DNA of 64,000 nucleotides, taken from positions 43,968 through 107,967 of the forward strand of contig CAVXJH010000005.1 in the NCBI GenBank assembly GCA_963762115.1. Reading direction: 5' to 3'. The notes under the pieces are model-generated. The model was given only the letters and a program-made list of their open reading frames with translations. It had not been told where the DNA came from and searched no databases. The position numbers and the translations under genes are program-made. Of the stretch, positions 55,821 through 64,000 are shown in pieces; position 1 is the stretch's first letter, and the number at the start of each line of letters is the position of its first letter. Origin of the DNA: Candidatus Babeliales bacterium. GTDB lineage: Bacteria > Babelota > Babeliae > Babelales > JANWKD01.

Positions 55821-56344
55821 AAAAAAACTCGCTCATTAAAAGTTTATACAATAAAAATAATGCAAGACAATATGTATATTTTATATACTATATTTCTTAT
55901 TGCAAACTATTGATTGCTTTAAAAATATCTTTAGTAAGGTATTTTGCTTCTCCAAAATACCTTAACTAAAAGGAGCCCAATGTTCCCTTGGATTCCCTTC
56001 CCGCGCGAATATGCACCACTCCATTATTGATGCCTTCAGCATCAAAATTCCAGGTACATGTCGCACTACCGGACTAACTTATTTATAAATTTTTTATTGC
56101 GTGACATCTATAAATATTCCCTGGGAGCTCAACCGTTGAAGGATCTGCAGCATATCATTTTAGATATGCGAGGATCGGCCTTTTGGGCGACGGGGAGATC
56201 AATAAGAGGCACAGCCTCTTATTTGCCCTTGTATCAAAGGTATTGGGCAAACAATACTTTTGTGCCTGGCCCGCATAGGGCCGTTTAATAAAAGTTATTT
56301 TACTTTTATAATATTATTTTATGCCTAACCGGCATAAGACCATT

Positions 56345-57502
56345 TTATTTTTTTGGCAAAGCCATTAAAATTAAAGCACCAAAAATACTCAGAAGAGCAC
56401 CATAGAAAAATCCACAAAATGGTGAACAAAAGACCCACAAACAACCAACAGCAGTACTCGAAAAAAAATCTCCAATGCCAGCAACGGCACCTAATAATCC
56501 ATAACCAGTTCCACGATTGTTTGGCGATAAAAAATCAGCTGCCAGCGCACTTTCCAATGAATCGGTGATTGCAGCAGAAATGCCCATTAAAGAAAATAAA
56601 AGGCCCAAATACCACACACTACTTATTTCGAACATGAGTCCCAATGAAACACAAGCAAATAAAAAATAACCAATCACAAGCATTATTTTTTTACCAATCT
56701 TATCAGCAAGGAATCCTAACGGGAATGAACATAAAGAACAAAAAATAGTATAAAAAGTGTATAAAAAAATTGCTAAACTATTTGCTAACACCGTTCCGCT
56801 CATGGGCGTTAAGAGTTGCATCGTACGAAATACTAATAATGATGGTGCAAAATTACCAAGACCAAAAATGCCAACGGCAAACATAAAAAGAAAAAAATCT
56901 TTTGGCAATTGATGTATATTTTCTAAAATCAATGTTTTTTTTGGATCACATGGTATATCGCTAACAAAAAAAACGATAACAACAAGAGCAAGAACACTCA
57001 GCAAGCATGCTGTTAAAAACACCAATGAAAAAGTATAACGAACAATAAGGTAACTGGCACATAAAGGTCCTGCAATTGCACCAAACATGGTGATCGCACG
57101 ATAAAAACCAAATACAGCTCCGTATGCAAATGGTTTTGTGGAACTTGCTAGTAAGGCATCACGAGCAGGACCACGTATGCCTCTGCCAAACCATGCAAAA
57201 ATCAACTGATACCAATTAAAAAAAAAGATAAATGACCCTAAGCCAAGGGCAGTAAAAAAATAGCCAACGGTAAGAAATATTTTTCGCTTACCCGTATAAT
57301 CGCTTAACCAACCAGCAAAAATTTTAATAAAACTAATCAATGAATCAATTATGCCTTCAATTAAACCTAATAACGCTGCTGAAGCACCTAACGATGCTAA
57401 AAATGCCGGAAATATTGCCAATGCCATAAAATGACCAAATTCTGAAAAAAAACTGGCGAGCGCAAGCATAAGAGTATTTTTATTTAACCATGATTTATCC
57501 AT
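56345..57502 (-). CDS. MFS-type transporter
   Basis: 385 aa with about 12 TM helices. MFS-like loop motifs GWLSDYTGKRK and GFLADKIGKK. Confidence 0.75.
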   Translation of the reverse strand: MDKSWLNKNTLMLALASFFSEFGHFMALAIFPAFLASLGASAALLGLIEGIIDSLISFIKIFAGWLSDYTGKRKIFLTVGYFFTALGLGSFIFFFNWYQLIFAWFGRGIRGPARDALLASSTKPFAYGAVFGFYRAITMFGAIAGPLCASYLIVRYTFSLVFLTACLLSVLALVVIVFFVSDIPCDPKKTLILENIHQLPKDFFLFMFAVGIFGLGNFAPSLLVFRTMQLLTPMSGTVLANSLAIFLYTFYTIFCSLCSFPLGFLADKIGKKIMLVIGYFLFACVSLGLMFEISSVWYLGLLFSLMGISAAITDSLESALAADFLSPNNRGTGYGLLGAVAGIGDFFSSTAVGCLWVFCSPFCGFFYGALLSIFGALILMALPKK

Positions 57503-57641
57503 TCCATTCCCCCTTATTATTGTTACTTTTTTTTAAGCTTACCTCATGTAAAAACCAACAAAATAGATTTTTGTAGTATTTTGGAAAAAAAAGTTAGTAT
57601 CGTAATCAATAATGCACAGATAACAAAAGGGTGATCCGCAC

Positions 57642-58484
57642 ATGTCAAAATTCTTACTTGTTTTAACGCTATTTTTCTCATGCACTACTACAAAGACTAT
57701 GGAAGAAGATGAAATAACCAGCGAACATAAAGAAACAATAGTTGAACATGAACTATTAGCGACCCGCATGGCTAACTTTGTTGAGAATATTTATAATCTG
57801 CGCGACACGATCGTGGCAAGACCCTTGCGCGTGGAAGATTTTATTTATGCACAGAACAATGCTGAATGGAGCGACCTGCGAGAGCTCAACAAAAAAGTGA
57901 AAAAAAGATGCTCATGCAAAATGCCAAAATTACTCAGAAAATATCAAGAACAAACAAAAGTACAAATCGACTTATTCAAACGAGGCGTTTCATTATTAGA
58001 TAATGAAGAATTCAGAACCACCATACAAGACAAAATTACAAAAAAACCAGTGCAAACTTTTTTCATTGAAAAAGTTTGTCGACAAAAAAAAATGACTCCA
58101 ACCAAATGGTTAGGATTACGAACAATTGCTTTAAGTAGCCTACGAGAAAAACTCAAAGAAAAAACCACAAAAGAACAAATCTTCAGTTGTGTTGATCAAG
58201 CACCGCCCTATGTTAGCGGTTTGGGATGCGGCGTTGGCCTCATGGCACTTTTCACCCCTTTATGGCCTTATGGCGCCACTATTATTGGCGTTAGTTCTTG
58301 TATTTGTTTGACATGCCAACATGAGATATACGATACTTGCAAGTCTCATTCTCTCTATTGCAGCAATCATGATATTGATAATAAATTGCAAAGAACCATA
58401 CAGCTCTTACAATTTAATGAAGAAAAAATACAGCCCAATACATCAGGTAAAAACATCGAAAAAGAACACTTGCTACAAAATTAA
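57642..58484 (+). CDS. leader-bearing protein with C-terminal Gly/Cys-rich membrane segment
   Basis: Shine-Dalgarno-like AAGGGTGA. Leader MSKFLLVLTLFFSCTTTKT|MEEDE. Later YVSGLGCGVGLMALFTPLWPYGATIIGVSSCICL. Confidence 0.5.
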   Translation: MSKFLLVLTLFFSCTTTKTMEEDEITSEHKETIVEHELLATRMANFVENIYNLRDTIVARPLRVEDFIYAQNNAEWSDLRELNKKVKKRCSCKMPKLLRKYQEQTKVQIDLFKRGVSLLDNEEFRTTIQDKITKKPVQTFFIEKVCRQKKMTPTKWLGLRTIALSSLREKLKEKTTKEQIFSCVDQAPPYVSGLGCGVGLMALFTPLWPYGATIIGVSSCICLTCQHEIYDTCKSHSLYCSNHDIDNKLQRTIQLLQFNEEKIQPNTSGKNIEKEHLLQN

Positions 58485-58605
58485 GGTAAACCAAGAGCGT
58501 TTAGCTTCAAATAAAGAAACATTAATAACATTTTGATTTTGATATTTTTGATTTTTAACGTAAATGCTTATCGCTTAAAATGTTTTTTTACTCATCGAAT
58601 CCAAA

Positions 58606-59202
58606 TTACTCTATCAAAAACCCTTCAATTGGCCATGCATTTGAAAAATCCAAATGAGTATCAATCAATGGTTGGTGATGAACAAGAAAACGAATAGCTT
58701 GAATTTTAATACCACTTTCGCGGATTGACTTCATCAATCCTTCAATCCACATTATTTTTTCAAAAGTAGATTGTTGCTTGCTAAAAGGATTACGATCAAA
58801 TGAACAAAAGACTTCTTGCTTGGTTGCTGAAATAGCAATTGATTGCAAAGAAATCTTTTTTATATTTATTTTTTCTTCATCAAGAATGGTTAACCAACTC
58901 GTAATAAGAGATGAGAGCGCATGAACCTTTTCATCTGACCATAAAATTTCAGCAATTTCTTGTCGCCATGCATCATGATGCCAAAAAAAATGTTTTATGC
59001 TTTTTTTTTGCGTCATGACGCGCTCAATGGTACGCTTTTCATAACAAGAATAAAAAGGATTCTTAAAAATAATCCACTGATGATTATAAGCAAAATAGAA
59101 TACTGAACAAAAGATTGTCAGAAGTGATGCGAATATAAGTAGAGAATTACCACGAAACATAACGACTCTTGCGAATATCTTCAATAATTGTCGAAAGAGC
59201 AT
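58606..59202 (-). CDS. membrane-anchored hypothetical protein, overlapping/coupled to the upstream amidase-like gene
   Basis: The likely start is near 59157 (MFRGNSLLIFASLLTIFCSVFYFAY), which overlaps the stop of 59147..60004 by a few nt. No confident family. Confidence 0.4.
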   Translation of the reverse strand: MLFRQLLKIFARVVMFRGNSLLIFASLLTIFCSVFYFAYNHQWIIFKNPFYSCYEKRTIERVMTQKKSIKHFFWHHDAWRQEIAEILWSDEKVHALSSLITSWLTILDEEKINIKKISLQSIAISATKQEVFCSFDRNPFSKQQSTFEKIMWIEGLMKSIRESGIKIQAIRFLVHHQPLIDTHLDFSNAWPIEGFLIE

Positions 59203-60004
59203 GCGCTAAAGGTTGTACATACGCAACCCAATCATCTTTTGTTTTTAAACTTGCCTCTATACAAAATGCCGGTGCAATAATACCCACTAATGATTTATGC
59301 GGAATGCCCAATAACCCCTTGCAATCAAATTGCTGTACGTACGGCATATTTTCAAATACTTGCACCATCAAATTTCCCCATGTTTTTGTAATACTAAGAT
59401 TTTTCCTATGTGCCTGATCATAGGGAATGAAAACAAATTCATCACTCTGTTGCTTCCAGCCATCAGTAAGAGCATTGTTCAAATAATGATAGAGAAAAAG
59501 ATGTGGCTTAGCTTCTGTCTCTTTATAAAAATGAATAGTTATATAAAAATCAACACTCAAACGATTTGCAAAATTTGCATTCTGTAAAGGCTCTAACGAT
59601 TCTCCAGGAAAACGCGTGAGAATGACACGAATATCTGCATGTTCTTTTTCAAGTTTTTTTTGTAATGCTTCTGCACACTTTAAGGTCAAACCACGTTCAT
59701 AGACATCATCAATTTCACGTAATGCATGGTTAACATCACCAGCAGGATCTATCATAAGGGTGATTGGTTGAGCAAATACTAAATTGTTTGCTAGAAATAA
59801 CATAAAGAATAAACAAGAATGTCTTCCCGAGGAGCGAAGCAACGTGGGGATCCAGAACTTTAATAAGTTCCCTATTAACGGAACTAATTTTATTATCTGG
59901 GTTGCCACGCTCACGCTCGCAATGACATTTTGAGGTAGTTTATTTATGGTACAATTTTGAATCAAGTTAAATAAGACATCTTGAGAAAAAAAAATTAACG
60001 ACAT
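59147..60004 (-). CDS. N-acetylmuramoyl-L-alanine amidase-like (Amidase_3 fold) protein
   Basis: ITLMIDPAGDVNHALREIDDVYERGLTL...VILTRFPGE...ANRLSVDFYITIHF...FCIEASL is colinear with the AmiC-type catalytic domain. The first Zn-ligand His (GHGG) is not evident. The track ORF extends 5' through a MITE; a more likely start is the ATG at 59803. Confidence 0.5.
   Translation of the reverse strand: MSLIFFSQDVLFNLIQNCTINKLPQNVIASVSVATQIIKLVPLIGNLLKFWIPTLLRSSGRHSCLFFMLFLANNLVFAQPITLMIDPAGDVNHALREIDDVYERGLTLKCAEALQKKLEKEHADIRVILTRFPGESLEPLQNANFANRLSVDFYITIHFYKETEAKPHLFLYHYLNNALTDGWKQQSDEFVFIPYDQAHRKNLSITKTWGNLMVQVFENMPYVQQFDCKGLLGIPHKSLVGIIAPAFCIEASLKTKDDWVAYVQPLAHALSTIIEDIRKSRYVSW
59818..59929. mobile_element. 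MITE-like nested palindromic element, degenerate copy (112 bp)
   Basis: Left arm AATGTCTTCCCGAGGAGCGAAGCAACGTGGGGATCCAG. Right arm CTGGGTTGCCACGCTCACGCTCGCAATGACATT. It lies between the recD2 stop and the amidase-like start. Confidence 0.65.
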
Positions 60005-62181
60005 GTAAGATCGCTCGTTAAAAACTGTTGCAATAATGTTTTACGAACAATTGCTTTGTTATTCTTAACAGCCATAGCAATTGCTTTTGTTTGTCCTATT
60101 AAAATACACAATTTTTTAGCCCGCGTCAGCGCAGTATATAATAAATTACGCTGCAACAACATAAAATGTTGCATAAAAATTGGAATAATAATTGCTTGAT
60201 ATTCAGAGCCCTGACTTTTGTGAATAGAAAGCGCATAAGCAAGCACCAATTCATTTAATTCATCATACTCATACAACACCTTACGCTCAAAATAGGAAAC
60301 AGTCATTGTTTTATCTTCTAGATGAATCTCTTCTATAGTGCCCGTATCACCGTTGAATACTAATTTATCATAATTGTTGCGAATCTGCATGACACGATCA
60401 CCAAGCTTGAATAAAGCACCGTGATAAGTCAATTGCACCGATGCATCGGCATTAAGAAACTGTTGCAAATGTTGATTCAAAATTTGCGTTCCGACAACAC
60501 CACGATTCATAGGCACTAATATCGTTGCATCGTCAGGAGCAATGCCATACGTTGGCAATGTTGTTGTATACAACGATTTAATGTGCTTCAAAACATTATC
60601 TGGATCTTCTTCTTTGATAAAAATAAAATCTTTTCGTGAATCGGCTAAAAAGGAAGTGGGAAATTCTCCCTTATTAACGCGGTGAGCATTCACCACAATC
60701 AAACTATTTTGTGCTTGGCGAAAGATATGCGTCAATTCTATAGTGGGAATACAACCACTGGCAATGAGATCTCGTAAAAAATTGCCAGCACCAACAGAGG
60801 GCAATTGATCAATATCACCAATGAAAATAAGATGGGTCCTTAAAGAGACTGCTTTGAGAAGCGCATGAGCCAAAAAGATATCAATCATTGATGCTTCATC
60901 AACAATCAAAAAATCTACTTTTAAGGCATTGCCTTCATTATGCACAAATTGCATAGTACTTACATCAAATTCCAACAAACGATGTAGGGTAACGGCATGC
61001 CGATTCGTGCTCTCAAGCATGCGCTTAGCTGCTCTGCCAGTTGGCGCAGCAAGCTGGTAAGAAAGTTTATTTTCTTCTAATAATGACAATAAATTTTTTA
61101 TAACCGTTGTTTTTCCCGTGCCAGGGCCACCAGTAATGATGGCAACTTTTTCTTGCAAGCAAGTCATGATACCTTGTTGTTGATGTTCGTGTAATTCAAC
61201 ACCATTATTTACGTTGCCAATTCTTAATTTTTTATAAATCTCTTCAAAATCAAAAGTATGCTGTTTGGGATGAGCAAGCAAATCTTTAATTTTTTTTGCA
61301 ACCGCTTTTTCAACGCCATAATGTGCAGCCAATGATAACCAATGCTCATCGTTAAGAGTAACCAATTTAATTTTTTCAGCTGCATGCAGTTCATGCAATG
61401 CCGCTCTAATAGTGACTTCATGTTCAGTATAATCAAGTTCTAGAAGTTCAATGACCTTGACTTTAAGATCATTCAGTTCTGCATAAAGGTGACCTTGACT
61501 TGCGATATCGGTTAAGAAAAAAAGCATGCCAGCTTTTATACGCTTGAGCGAATGCTTTTCAAAGCCAAGATTTTGTGCAATCTTATCGGCCGTTTTAAAG
61601 CCTATACCCCAAATTTCTTCAGCCAATCGATAGGGATTTTCTTGTAACAAAGCGAGCGATTCATGACCCCATTTCTTATAAATTTTCACGGCATAAGCAG
61701 TTGAAACACCTTTCTCTTGCAAAAAAACCATGACTGAAGCTATTTGCTTTTGATCTTGCCATGCAGTAATAATTTGTTCGCGACGCTTTTGACCAATACC
61801 GGCGACTTCTTGTAATCGTTGTGGCTGCTGATCAATAACTTCTAATACCGTCACACCAAAATGATTCACTAATTTTTCGGCATATACAGGACCAATGCCC
61901 TTAATTAAGCCTGAGCCAAGATATTTTTTAAGCCCAACTATCGTTTCAGGAACTTTTGCCGTACAGCTTTTTGCTTCAAATTGTCGACCAAATTTTGCAT
62001 GACTAACCCAGGCGCCTTGCAAAGAAACATGCTCACCTGGGTTTATTGCGCTCAAATACCCTTTTACTATTGCCGTGGTATTACTTTTTAATTGCAATAC
62101 AAATACAGAAAAGCCGTTGTCAGCGCTTTTGAAAAGTAATCGCTCAACAACTCCCTGTAATTCTTCTTGAAAGGGTTCCAT
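59995..62181 (-). CDS. recD2: RecD2-type (RecD/TraA family) SF1 ATP-dependent DNA helicase
   Basis: N-terminal OB/HhH region (GIGPVYAEKL, GIGQKRREQI). Walker A ITGGPGTGKTT. DEASMID. C-terminal YALSIHKSQGSEY ... LLYTALTRAKK. Confidence 0.9.
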   Translation of the reverse strand: MEPFQEELQGVVERLLFKSADNGFSVFVLQLKSNTTAIVKGYLSAINPGEHVSLQGAWVSHAKFGRQFEAKSCTAKVPETIVGLKKYLGSGLIKGIGPVYAEKLVNHFGVTVLEVIDQQPQRLQEVAGIGQKRREQIITAWQDQKQIASVMVFLQEKGVSTAYAVKIYKKWGHESLALLQENPYRLAEEIWGIGFKTADKIAQNLGFEKHSLKRIKAGMLFFLTDIASQGHLYAELNDLKVKVIELLELDYTEHEVTIRAALHELHAAEKIKLVTLNDEHWLSLAAHYGVEKAVAKKIKDLLAHPKQHTFDFEEIYKKLRIGNVNNGVELHEHQQQGIMTCLQEKVAIITGGPGTGKTTVIKNLLSLLEENKLSYQLAAPTGRAAKRMLESTNRHAVTLHRLLEFDVSTMQFVHNEGNALKVDFLIVDEASMIDIFLAHALLKAVSLRTHLIFIGDIDQLPSVGAGNFLRDLIASGCIPTIELTHIFRQAQNSLIVVNAHRVNKGEFPTSFLADSRKDFIFIKEEDPDNVLKHIKSLYTTTLPTYGIAPDDATILVPMNRGVVGTQILNQHLQQFLNADASVQLTYHGALFKLGDRVMQIRNNYDKLVFNGDTGTIEEIHLEDKTMTVSYFERKVLYEYDELNELVLAYALSIHKSQGSEYQAIIIPIFMQHFMLLQRNLLYTALTRAKKLCILIGQTKAIAMAVKNNKAIVRKTLLQQFLTSDLTCR

Positions 62182-62263
62182 ATAATGCTCATATTTTTTT
62201 CAATTAATCTAACTCACTTTGATCACACCGACATTTCATTTAAAGCAAATTAGATACACTACA

Positions 62264-62398
62264 ACGTCATTATGAGGAAATTTACTTAAGTAAATTTCCG
62301 TAGTAATCCAGAACTAATTATATTTCCTAATTTATTTTAGGAATAATTTTTTATAGACTGGATTCCTACGCCATGCTGCGCAAGGCTCAGAATGACAT
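62264..62398. mobile_element. MITE-like nested palindromic element, divergent copy (135 bp)
   Basis: Left arm ACGTCATTATGAGGAAATTTACTTAAGTAAATTTCCGTAGTAATCCAG, containing a perfect inner palindrome. Right arm CTGGATTCCTACGCCATGCTGCGCAAGGCTCAGAATGACAT. Confidence 0.6.
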
Positions 62399-62466
62399 GT
62401 ATATCTTTTAATGCTTTTGCTTTGCATAAAGTTATTTACTTTACAAATTAATGTACATTCATTTAA

Positions 62467-63429
62467 TCATTTTTTTGGTTTTGATAATTCAAGAAATTGC
62501 TGCCAACCTCTAGGACAACTATCAATAACATCTTTTAAAAAATGAGTAAGATCGGTTGAAAATTCATCTAAAACTTTACAACTTGTCATCGTCTTATTAA
62601 AGATAACAAATTCCTGGCCATCTGCAATAGTTGACCACTGCAATAAAAAGCTTTTTGGCCGATTTCTTTTTTGACAAAATTCTTCAACTAATTTAAAAAG
62701 AAACTTTTTTGCACCGGTCATTTTTTTACTAAACGGTTGTAATATTTTTAAAACATCTTCTTTAACGATGATAAACACTGGCGCAAGATCTTCTCGATAG
62801 ATCGCATGTTCTTTTTGCAGACTCGTATATGCTTCTTCATACCCCTCGATATCTTGAATATAAGCACGCTTCAACATTTCTTCCTGCTCTACTACCGCAT
62901 TTTGATAGCTTTCATACAAAGCTTCTTCCATTGAAATTTGCTCTCGAACAACATGTTCATCTTCCAAAGTACGCTCAACAACCTCTTGTCGTTCACAACA
63001 CTCTTCTTCAAATTTTTTTTCTAATACCGCCAAAGCTTCGGCAAGCTCCTCTTGATACTGCTCATATGCCATTTTATCTATATAGCGACATTCAAGTTCG
63101 TATTTTTTTGCATAATATGCTGCATCGTTCATTCGCTCATATTCAGCCAATGTATGCAAGGTATACCGCTTTCCTTGAAAAACATATTTTCCTTCATAGA
63201 TGTTTTTTTCAGGATTTAACATACCAAACTGAACCTTTTTAATGCCATGCCTAATACGCATCATATCCCAAATAGTTGCGCCATCAAGCGCAAATGGTAT
63301 GCCATCAAGCAATTTTAAAACAGCGTTGGTAAGCGGTGGTGGCCCCAAGATGACAGCGGCAAAAATAACAGCCGATGAAAAATACAAGACTAAATATGCC
63401 AAACCTTTTTTTCTTGAACAAACTTTCAT
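62467..63429 (-). CDS. N-terminally anchored Glu-rich hypothetical protein
   Basis: 320-aa ORF. TM LAYLVLYFSSAVIFAAVILG. Acidic helical centre. No family recognised. Confidence 0.45.
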   Translation of the reverse strand: MKVCSRKKGLAYLVLYFSSAVIFAAVILGPPPLTNAVLKLLDGIPFALDGATIWDMMRIRHGIKKVQFGMLNPEKNIYEGKYVFQGKRYTLHTLAEYERMNDAAYYAKKYELECRYIDKMAYEQYQEELAEALAVLEKKFEEECCERQEVVERTLEDEHVVREQISMEEALYESYQNAVVEQEEMLKRAYIQDIEGYEEAYTSLQKEHAIYREDLAPVFIIVKEDVLKILQPFSKKMTGAKKFLFKLVEEFCQKRNRPKSFLLQWSTIADGQEFVIFNKTMTSCKVLDEFSTDLTHFLKDVIDSCPRGWQQFLELSKPKK

Positions 63430-63457
63430 ACTAACTCCTCCTTTGCATTATTATTTT

Positions 63458-64000
63458 TTATACCTCTGCTGCAAAGCGTAGTGTTACGTTAAAATCTTTC
63501 CCAATACCACTACTCAGAAAGGTATAATCCCCATATAACGTCAAACACCAATCAAATTTCTCCCCCCTTCCCTCATAATTAGTCGAAATAAAAATTTTAT
63601 TCTGATAGGCACCAGGCTTCACGGCAATATCAGTTCTAATTTCAGCAACTTGCCATGGTGTTGCATAAATAGTCCCTAAGCGCTCTCTATCTTGCCACCA
63701 CAAATCAAATCCTAATCCAAGCTTCCATCTTTTTCTTTTGCCCAAAACAGAATCTATACATGAGGTAAATTTAAAAATAAATCCTGGATAAATCATCGTC
63801 TGATATACTTTTGGTATTAAGGTATTGATTAATTGTTGATTTAAAAATGCTAATTTAAACGGAGCATCTGCTGGATTAGCGGGTGGAACTTGAGATGTTG
63901 TATAAGGCTCCAATGCGTTAAATTCCTGACTAAATTTTTTGGTGATATAAAACCGCGTATCAAGCGCAGGACATAAATACTCTAACGCGCTTCTGGTTGT
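63458..64000 (-). CDS. hypothetical protein, partial (N-terminus beyond window end); possible outer-membrane beta-barrel C-terminus
   Basis: The track start at 63913 is a TTG. The frame stays open upstream to 64000 (…TTRSALEYLCPALDTRFYITKKFSQEFNALEPY…). The C-terminal part has alternating aromatic/polar residues (DWCLTLYGDYTFLSSGIGKDFNVTLRFAAEV). Confidence 0.45.
   Translation of the reverse strand, partial: TTRSALEYLCPALDTRFYITKKFSQEFNALEPYTTSQVPPANPADAPFKLAFLNQQLINTLIPKVYQTMIYPGFIFKFTSCIDSVLGKRKRWKLGLGFDLWWQDRERLGTIYATPWQVAEIRTDIAVKPGAYQNKIFISTNYEGRGEKFDWCLTLYGDYTFLSSGIGKDFNVTLRFAAEV

Noticed and set aside
56060-56085. RNase P RNA P4-like string (reverse strand AAGTTAGTCCGGTAG)
   Set aside because: The nearly invariant GAGGAAAGTCC core is not matched, and no partner ACAGAA(N)CCGGCTTA-type strand is present. 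The evidence is too weak for an RNase P call.
56247-56291. tmRNA-like tag reading frame GCA AAC AAT ... GTT TAA TAA (ANNTFVPGPHRAV, double stop)
   Set aside because: I found no tRNA-like acceptor/T-arm (GGTTCGA..TCC..CCA) or 5' GGGG acceptor strand on either strand nearby. The tag does not end in the usual hydrophobic Ala-Ala. It is simply the tail of the weak ORF 56058..56288.

Overview
AT-rich bacterial chromosome segment with about 55 protein-coding genes. By eye I found no rRNA, tRNA or CRISPR array. Conserved anchors are leuS, uvrB, a recO-like gene, a DeaD-type DEAD-box helicase, recD2, an MscK-like mechanosensitive channel, a DipZ-like thiol-disulfide membrane protein, a GH1 beta-glucosidase, three tandem M3 oligopeptidases, an MFS transporter and an NTT/Tlc-type nucleotide translocase. 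The translocase, together with the large share of leader-bearing, eukaryote-like or low-complexity proteins, suggests an obligate intracellular or protist-associated bacterium (Dependentiae-, Chlamydiae- or Legionellales-like lifestyle); the taxon cannot be determined from this window. Main observations: (1) at least 12 proteins share an N-terminal leader ending in an invariant [A/G/T]-Met-[Glu/Asp/Gln] junction, a candidate undescribed sorting or effector signal. (2) That set includes three adjacent small proteins with polybasic plus CaaX or Cys-cluster C-termini, suggesting host prenylation mimicry. It also includes a tandem array of four Skp1/POZ-like + LRR + membrane-hairpin proteins, suggesting cullin-RING ligase mimicry. 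(3) Two secreted RGG/GAR-like Gly-Arg repeat proteins sit on GC-rich islands. (4) Three consecutive housekeeping genes (HD hydrolase, transaldolase, GT4 glycosyltransferase) are each broken by a 1-nt frameshift within 1.3 kb, and a possible fourth break lies just downstream. (5) There is one intact IS481-family element plus three MITE-like nested palindromes with similar AATGTCATT-type termini. (6) There is a family of three secreted HAD-fold paralogs with a degenerating catalytic motif, and a stand-alone MprF-C (DUF2156) gene paired with a methyltransferase next to the IS. All functional calls rest on motif recognition by eye; no searches were run.
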